Virus record (IMG/VR): IMGVR_UViG_3300042691_050947
Source of the DNA: a virus
DNA: 64,000 nt
Strand: one strand, 5' to 3'
Program-made: the position numbers and the translations under genes
In this document: positions 59,749-64,000 of the stretch, piece by piece
Layout of the letters: each line of letters opens with the position of its first letter
Numbering within the stretch: the first letter of the stretch is position 1
The notes under the pieces: model-generated
Seen by the model: the letters and a program-made list of their open reading frames with translations, nothing else
What the model was told of the DNA's origin: nothing
Databases searched by the model: none

Positions 59749-61068
59749 CTATCGATTTATGATCCTCGTAGATTTATCAATCTCTGAATTCAAAGTAAAC
59801 TTTCCTCTATTTACTAGACACTCAACTAGGGTCGCATTTATAGTTTTAGTATCCGGATTATCTAAAAAACTAGATGAAATTTCGTTCGACTCGCCCAAAT
59901 ACTCACAATCAATTAATTTAGAAAACTTGATCAAGTTATTTGAGAACATTGAGCAATCTTCAAGCTTAGAGTTACGAATGATACAGTTTTCAAAAAGACA
60001 GTTCTTAACGTCACCCTCGACCCTACAGCCAAAAAATTCAACCCCTTCCAATAAGATGCTTCTTTTAAGTTCAGCGTCCTTTACTTGGAGTCTAGCTCTT
60101 CTGGTATCATAATTAATGGTTGCCTCAGTTATTCCTCCGCCCACAATGAGTCGAAAAATCTTTTCCCTGATTCTAGGATAGACTGCTTCTAATAGGTGAG
60201 GTGCCTGGTTTAAGTCAACGTGTAGAGAAATACCGGGAAAAGTTGATCTAAGTCCAAGAAGAGATCGAGTTCCGTCTATTGCTGATCGAAAGTCCCTAAC
60301 CATCTCCGAAATTTTAATTTTTTCCTGGTTTGAATATGAATAGTTTTCAGTTAGAGTCTGGTACGCATGCTCGATCACAATATTTAAAGTCTCAACCGCC
60401 TCCTTCTTTTTTCGAGTGTATTCTTTTCCGGAAATATAGTTTACAACGAGTTTTCCGCTAGCCAATTGAGAAAAGTCAGTGGCAAAAAAATCAGATTCGG
60501 GAAAATTTAGCTCAATCGTATCTCCACGTTCAACTATCGATTCAGTTAAGACCATGTCATACAACCTTTTGGGCTGGACGTATTGAAAGTGATTTTGATA
60601 AATTAACTTATTTTCATTCTCTGGCTGAGGCCATAACTCAAATAGTCTCTTTTCATCTAGACTTATTAAATACTTTAACCTGTTTAGTTTTTGCATGCCG
60701 ACTGGCAATTGTAGGGCATTCTCATTAAGTTTTATGGTAGTCTTTACGCGACATCGATCCGTGGTAAAGCCTATCGCTTCGATTATGTTTGATGCTTTTA
60801 AGTACATGTGAATCGCCTCTTGATAAGGAAGCATGCCAGTACTAAGCTGCATTTCCTTGTACCCGTTAGAATATGTAGGTGATAACTTAAAGGTTTCATT
60901 GGTGGGATTAAAGTCGTTTTTTACATCACTAAACCACCTTACCTTTTTTCCAAGTGACCTGGAGATCTTTGCGGCAGCATCCATTTTTCTCATCGGTGAA
61001 AAAAATTCAAAACTAAATGAAATTTGAGTATTATCGTAAATGCTTTTTTTATCTAGCGATTTAAACAT
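59749..61068 (-). CDS. Amidoligase (COOH-NH2 ligase)-fold protein with degenerate active site and C-terminal beta-helix-like repeats (start revised to 61068)
   Basis: SFEFF..FKLSPTYS..MQLSTG.LPY..GFTTDRC follows the amidoligase layout; GATAAATA at 61089-61096 supports the later start. Confidence 0.5.
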   Translation of the reverse strand: MFKSLDKKSIYDNTQISFSFEFFSPMRKMDAAAKISRSLGKKVRWFSDVKNDFNPTNETFKLSPTYSNGYKEMQLSTGMLPYQEAIHMYLKASNIIEAIGFTTDRCRVKTTIKLNENALQLPVGMQKLNRLKYLISLDEKRLFELWPQPENENKLIYQNHFQYVQPKRLYDMVLTESIVERGDTIELNFPESDFFATDFSQLASGKLVVNYISGKEYTRKKKEAVETLNIVIEHAYQTLTENYSYSNQEKIKISEMVRDFRSAIDGTRSLLGLRSTFPGISLHVDLNQAPHLLEAVYPRIREKIFRLIVGGGITEATINYDTRRARLQVKDAELKRSILLEGVEFFGCRVEGDVKNCLFENCIIRNSKLEDCSMFSNNLIKFSKLIDCEYLGESNEISSSFLDNPDTKTINATLVECLVNRGKFTLNSEIDKSTRIINR

Positions 61069-61157
61069 TAGCCTAGTTTTCTTTATTCTATTTATCTTAT
61101 CAAATCCTTTATAGAAACTCAAGTATTAAATAAATAGATCTGTATTGAAGATAAATG

Positions 61158-61165
61158 GATAAATA
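61158..61165 (+). promoter_or_regulatory. Late promoter candidate for gp6
   Basis: GATAAATA 19 nt before the ATG; divergent copy at 61089-61096. Confidence 0.6.
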
Positions 61166-61184
61166 AAATAAATAAAGTTGCTAC

Positions 61185-62849
61185 ATGGCAAAAGTCACAG
61201 ACAATTTTAAAGTATTTACTAGACTCAGCTTATATGTTGAAGATCTACTCGCACAAACGATAAATTACTTAACAACTAAGTTTAGCCAAAGTAAATCAAT
61301 CTTTACTTCCGCATCGCCATTTGGCCAGCTATTATTAGTAGTTGAGAACCTAACGCAATTGGTTTTTTACTATATTGAGGACTCGATCACTGAACTTAAC
61401 ATTAATGAGGCAACTCGACTGACTTCAGTATATTCACTTGCTACTTTGGCTGGACACAATCCAAGCCGTGCAGTATCAGCGGTCGGTGAAATCAGCATAT
61501 CCACCATTCCGGGAGCAGGCGAACCTCCTACCGATTTTGTGATCATACCTAATCTTACTCGAGTTAGATGCCAAAATAATGGACTTGTTTATGTCTTAGA
61601 CCTTCCTCAAGACGAGATAAAATTTTCATTCAACGGAACGACCAATGGTCTTCGAATAGGAATTAGACAGGGAATCATTGAGTCACAGACCTTAACCGCA
61701 AAGGGTGAGCCGGTGGAAAGCTTTTCAGTCGGAAGCCCTCAAAACTACTACATCGATAATTTCATGGTAAATGTTCACGTAAATGGAGAAAAGTGGACAA
61801 AATACGATTCCATGCTTGACATGCCTAGGGGAGAAAAAGCATACATGATTAAAACCGGAATAACTAGCGGAGTCGATCTTTATTTTGGAAACGGCAATTT
61901 TGGAAAGATACCTCCAAGAGGATCTGATATTCTAGTGGAATATTTAGTCACGGAAGGATCAAACGGAAACATTCGAACAAATGATATGTCAAGCATCAAG
62001 TTTGAATTCATTGATACTGGATTCAGCATACTTGGAGAAGAGATAAACCTAAACGAGTATATCAAGATCACCACTACAAACGCTCCATTTTTTGGTAGCA
62101 ATTCGGAAGACTCTAAATTAACTAGATTACTCGCACCAAAGCAGTCTAAAAGTTTTGCGCTAGTTAATGTCGATCACTATGAGAGCGTGCTTAGAAAATT
62201 AAAACTTTTCTCAATAATTAACGTTTCGATCGATAGCGTTGACTCTAGAATGATAAACCTATTTCTTATACCGGACATTAGAAAGACTTTTAGTCTAGCT
62301 CAAGATTACTTTAGCGCAGACATCGATCGTTTTATAATGAACGACTATCAGAAAAATCAGTTATTACAATACATTGAAAAATCTGGAAGCAAACTAATTT
62401 CTACGGACGTTCAGATAATTGATCCCATTCCTAGCGAATATGTGATAAACACATCGATCATAGCATTCGATGATGTTTCGATAGACATCATTAAACGAGA
62501 CATCTTAAATAAGTTGGGTGAATATTTCATCCAAAATACTAGGCTTACCCGAATACCAAAGAGCGATCTAATTAAGATTATTGAGGAAATAAATGGAGTT
62601 GACTCAGTTTCAATCAACATCGTCTCAAAGAAGAATGAGCTATTAAAAATTCAAAAACCAAGCGCAGCAGACATAGGAATTGATGAGTTTAACGACATAA
62701 TAGTAGATTATCAGGAGCTTCCATTAATTAGAGGAGGATTCACAGATAGGTATGGAAATGTCTATTCTGCTGGAATCACTGAGGACTCATTAGGACCAGT
62801 AAACATTCAGGTCAAGGATATTGTTCCTAGACCAAAAAACATTAATTAA
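61185..62849 (+). CDS. Baseplate wedge protein (gp6-like)
   Basis: SVYSLATLAGHNPSRAVSA, LYFGNGNFGKIP..ILVEYLVTEGSNGN, ALVNVDHY. Confidence 0.8.
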   Translation: MAKVTDNFKVFTRLSLYVEDLLAQTINYLTTKFSQSKSIFTSASPFGQLLLVVENLTQLVFYYIEDSITELNINEATRLTSVYSLATLAGHNPSRAVSAVGEISISTIPGAGEPPTDFVIIPNLTRVRCQNNGLVYVLDLPQDEIKFSFNGTTNGLRIGIRQGIIESQTLTAKGEPVESFSVGSPQNYYIDNFMVNVHVNGEKWTKYDSMLDMPRGEKAYMIKTGITSGVDLYFGNGNFGKIPPRGSDILVEYLVTEGSNGNIRTNDMSSIKFEFIDTGFSILGEEINLNEYIKITTTNAPFFGSNSEDSKLTRLLAPKQSKSFALVNVDHYESVLRKLKLFSIINVSIDSVDSRMINLFLIPDIRKTFSLAQDYFSADIDRFIMNDYQKNQLLQYIEKSGSKLISTDVQIIDPIPSEYVINTSIIAFDDVSIDIIKRDILNKLGEYFIQNTRLTRIPKSDLIKIIEEINGVDSVSINIVSKKNELLKIQKPSAADIGIDEFNDIIVDYQELPLIRGGFTDRYGNVYSAGITEDSLGPVNIQVKDIVPRPKNIN

Positions 62850-62850
62850 C

Positions 62851-63096
62851 ATGGTAAAAGAAAGCATATATCGTCCCATATTTGAACGAAGAGAAAAAAG
62901 GATAAACATGGGTTTTAATTATAAGGGACAAATCTTAAAAAAGACTCTTTCTTCTCAAATGTTTGGGGCTCACCCTCTGCTAGATTATCTATTGGATCAG
63001 GTTGAGAAGATCGTATATGAATGGGTAGAAGCAGTTAAGCAGATCAAGATCAACGCTAATCCTGCATTAGATAAGTACGAAAATAAAATTAGATAA
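62851..63096 (+). CDS. Hypothetical protein (start revised to 62851)
   Basis: ATG directly after the gp6 stop. Confidence 0.65.
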   Translation: MVKESIYRPIFERREKRINMGFNYKGQILKKTLSSQMFGAHPLLDYLLDQVEKIVYEWVEAVKQIKINANPALDKYENKIR

Positions 63097-63100
63097 ATTA

Positions 63101-63835
63101 ATGGGTAGCAGTAAATCAGGAATGGGCCGAGAAAATCGTGCTCACCTCAGAGACGAGATTCAGTCCCTATTAAGTTCGATCGGAACTGAAACTCATGGAG
63201 ACATGGTAATCGATAACGAGATCTCAGAAAAGACTAGGCCTGAAAGTCCATATGACTTTGAGGAAATGAGCAATCAATTTACGGTAAAAGCTAGAGAGAT
63301 CACCGATTCTCTATTTAAGAACTTTGTGGACATTGGAATTTTTGAAAAGAACGATTATGCTCGACACAAAAAGGAACTTGATACTATCAATATTTCAAAC
63401 CTTTTCTTTCAATTAAAAACAATAAAGATCACCATCATTAAGGTGATGGAAGAGATAACTTCGGGTAACACTCATCCTCGATTAATTGAGGTCATGGGCC
63501 AATTACAGGACAAGATGGCATCGATAACCAAGATGCAGGCAAATTACGTTCTATTTCTTGAAGATACTTATCGTCAATTAAATTCAGCCGCACCAATCAA
63601 TCCAGATTCAGAAATAATCGATTCTAGTTCAAGTGAGGGACAGTTTTTTATTACGGTAGGTACCAAAAACCTAATAAATACCTTACCTGATGAACCCAAG
63701 TCGACTGACATTAAAGTACCTACTGGAAGTTTATTGGACCCATCTAATAAATCAGAATTGATGAGAGAAAGAAATATTGAACTTACTGATGATGAGGCGG
63801 ACGATGATTTTATGGATATAAACGAAATAATTTAA
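63101..63835 (+). CDS. Probable terminase small subunit (gp16-like)
   Basis: HPRLIEVMGQL resembles the gp16 PR.YEV..QL motif; position before the next gene. Confidence 0.5.
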   Translation: MGSSKSGMGRENRAHLRDEIQSLLSSIGTETHGDMVIDNEISEKTRPESPYDFEEMSNQFTVKAREITDSLFKNFVDIGIFEKNDYARHKKELDTINISNLFFQLKTIKITIIKVMEEITSGNTHPRLIEVMGQLQDKMASITKMQANYVLFLEDTYRQLNSAAPINPDSEIIDSSSSEGQFFITVGTKNLINTLPDEPKSTDIKVPTGSLLDPSNKSELMRERNIELTDDEADDDFMDINEII

Positions 63836-63839
63836 TAGT

Positions 63840-64000
63840 ATGAAAGACGTCATGACAAACGGTGGCGCCTTTAGTCACCGAAAATTATCAAACCTATCTG
63901 GTGCACCGGAAGATACGAATACGTCAATATGGACGACCATTAGAATCAATAAGTTGTTAGATTCTATCGAAAATGATGGATTTGATATTAAAGGTCTTCA
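63840..64000 (+). CDS. Partial CDS running off the window; possibly the terminase large subunit N-terminus
   Basis: Open from ATG 63840 (MKDVMTNGGAFSHRK..IWTTIRINKLL); identity inferred only from position. Confidence 0.4.
   Translation, partial: MKDVMTNGGAFSHRKLSNLSGAPEDTNTSIWTTIRINKLLDSIENDGFDIKGL

Overview
AT-rich (roughly one-third GC), gene-dense 64 kb segment of a large T4-like myophage (jumbo/huge phage type), standard genetic code. The host is probably Bacteroidota: it carries a Bacteroidota-type histone H1/Hc1-like protein, a PolB-exo2 nuclease and a Flavobacterium-like RNR, and its genes have A-rich leaders without Shine-Dalgarno sites. Bases 1-27 kb are mostly minus strand and carry replication, recombination, nucleotide metabolism and host-takeover genes: gp41 helicase, UvsX, the N-terminal half of a split family B polymerase, dUTPase/dCTPase, RNase H, gp32, NrdA/NrdB with a SET-domain gene between them, an S1-like protein, GroEL/GroES, nucleases and UvsE. 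A lone plus-strand tail sheath gene and an endolysin interrupt this block. A palindrome-rich divergent switch sits at ~27.0-27.2 kb. Bases 27-64 kb are mostly plus strand and carry RuvC, a gp55-like late sigma, large baseplate/fibre proteins, neck gp14, gp15, gp3, baseplate gp6, a probable small terminase and the start of a probable large terminase. Most notable: (1) a GT9 + GT25 + sulfotransferase cassette facing two Ser/Thr/Tyr/Cys-rich repeat fibre genes; (2) a SET methyltransferase plus a histone-like protein; (3) at least eight proteins with a T4-like capsid-targeting leader, some apparently polyproteins; (4) a PolB split in the fingers with no partner in the window; (5) two pseudo-enzymes (amidoligase fold, Nudix fold); (6) a phage-specific bipartite promoter motif. 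No tRNA, rRNA, CRISPR array, intron or intein was recognised. All calls come from motif recognition by eye, not database searches.
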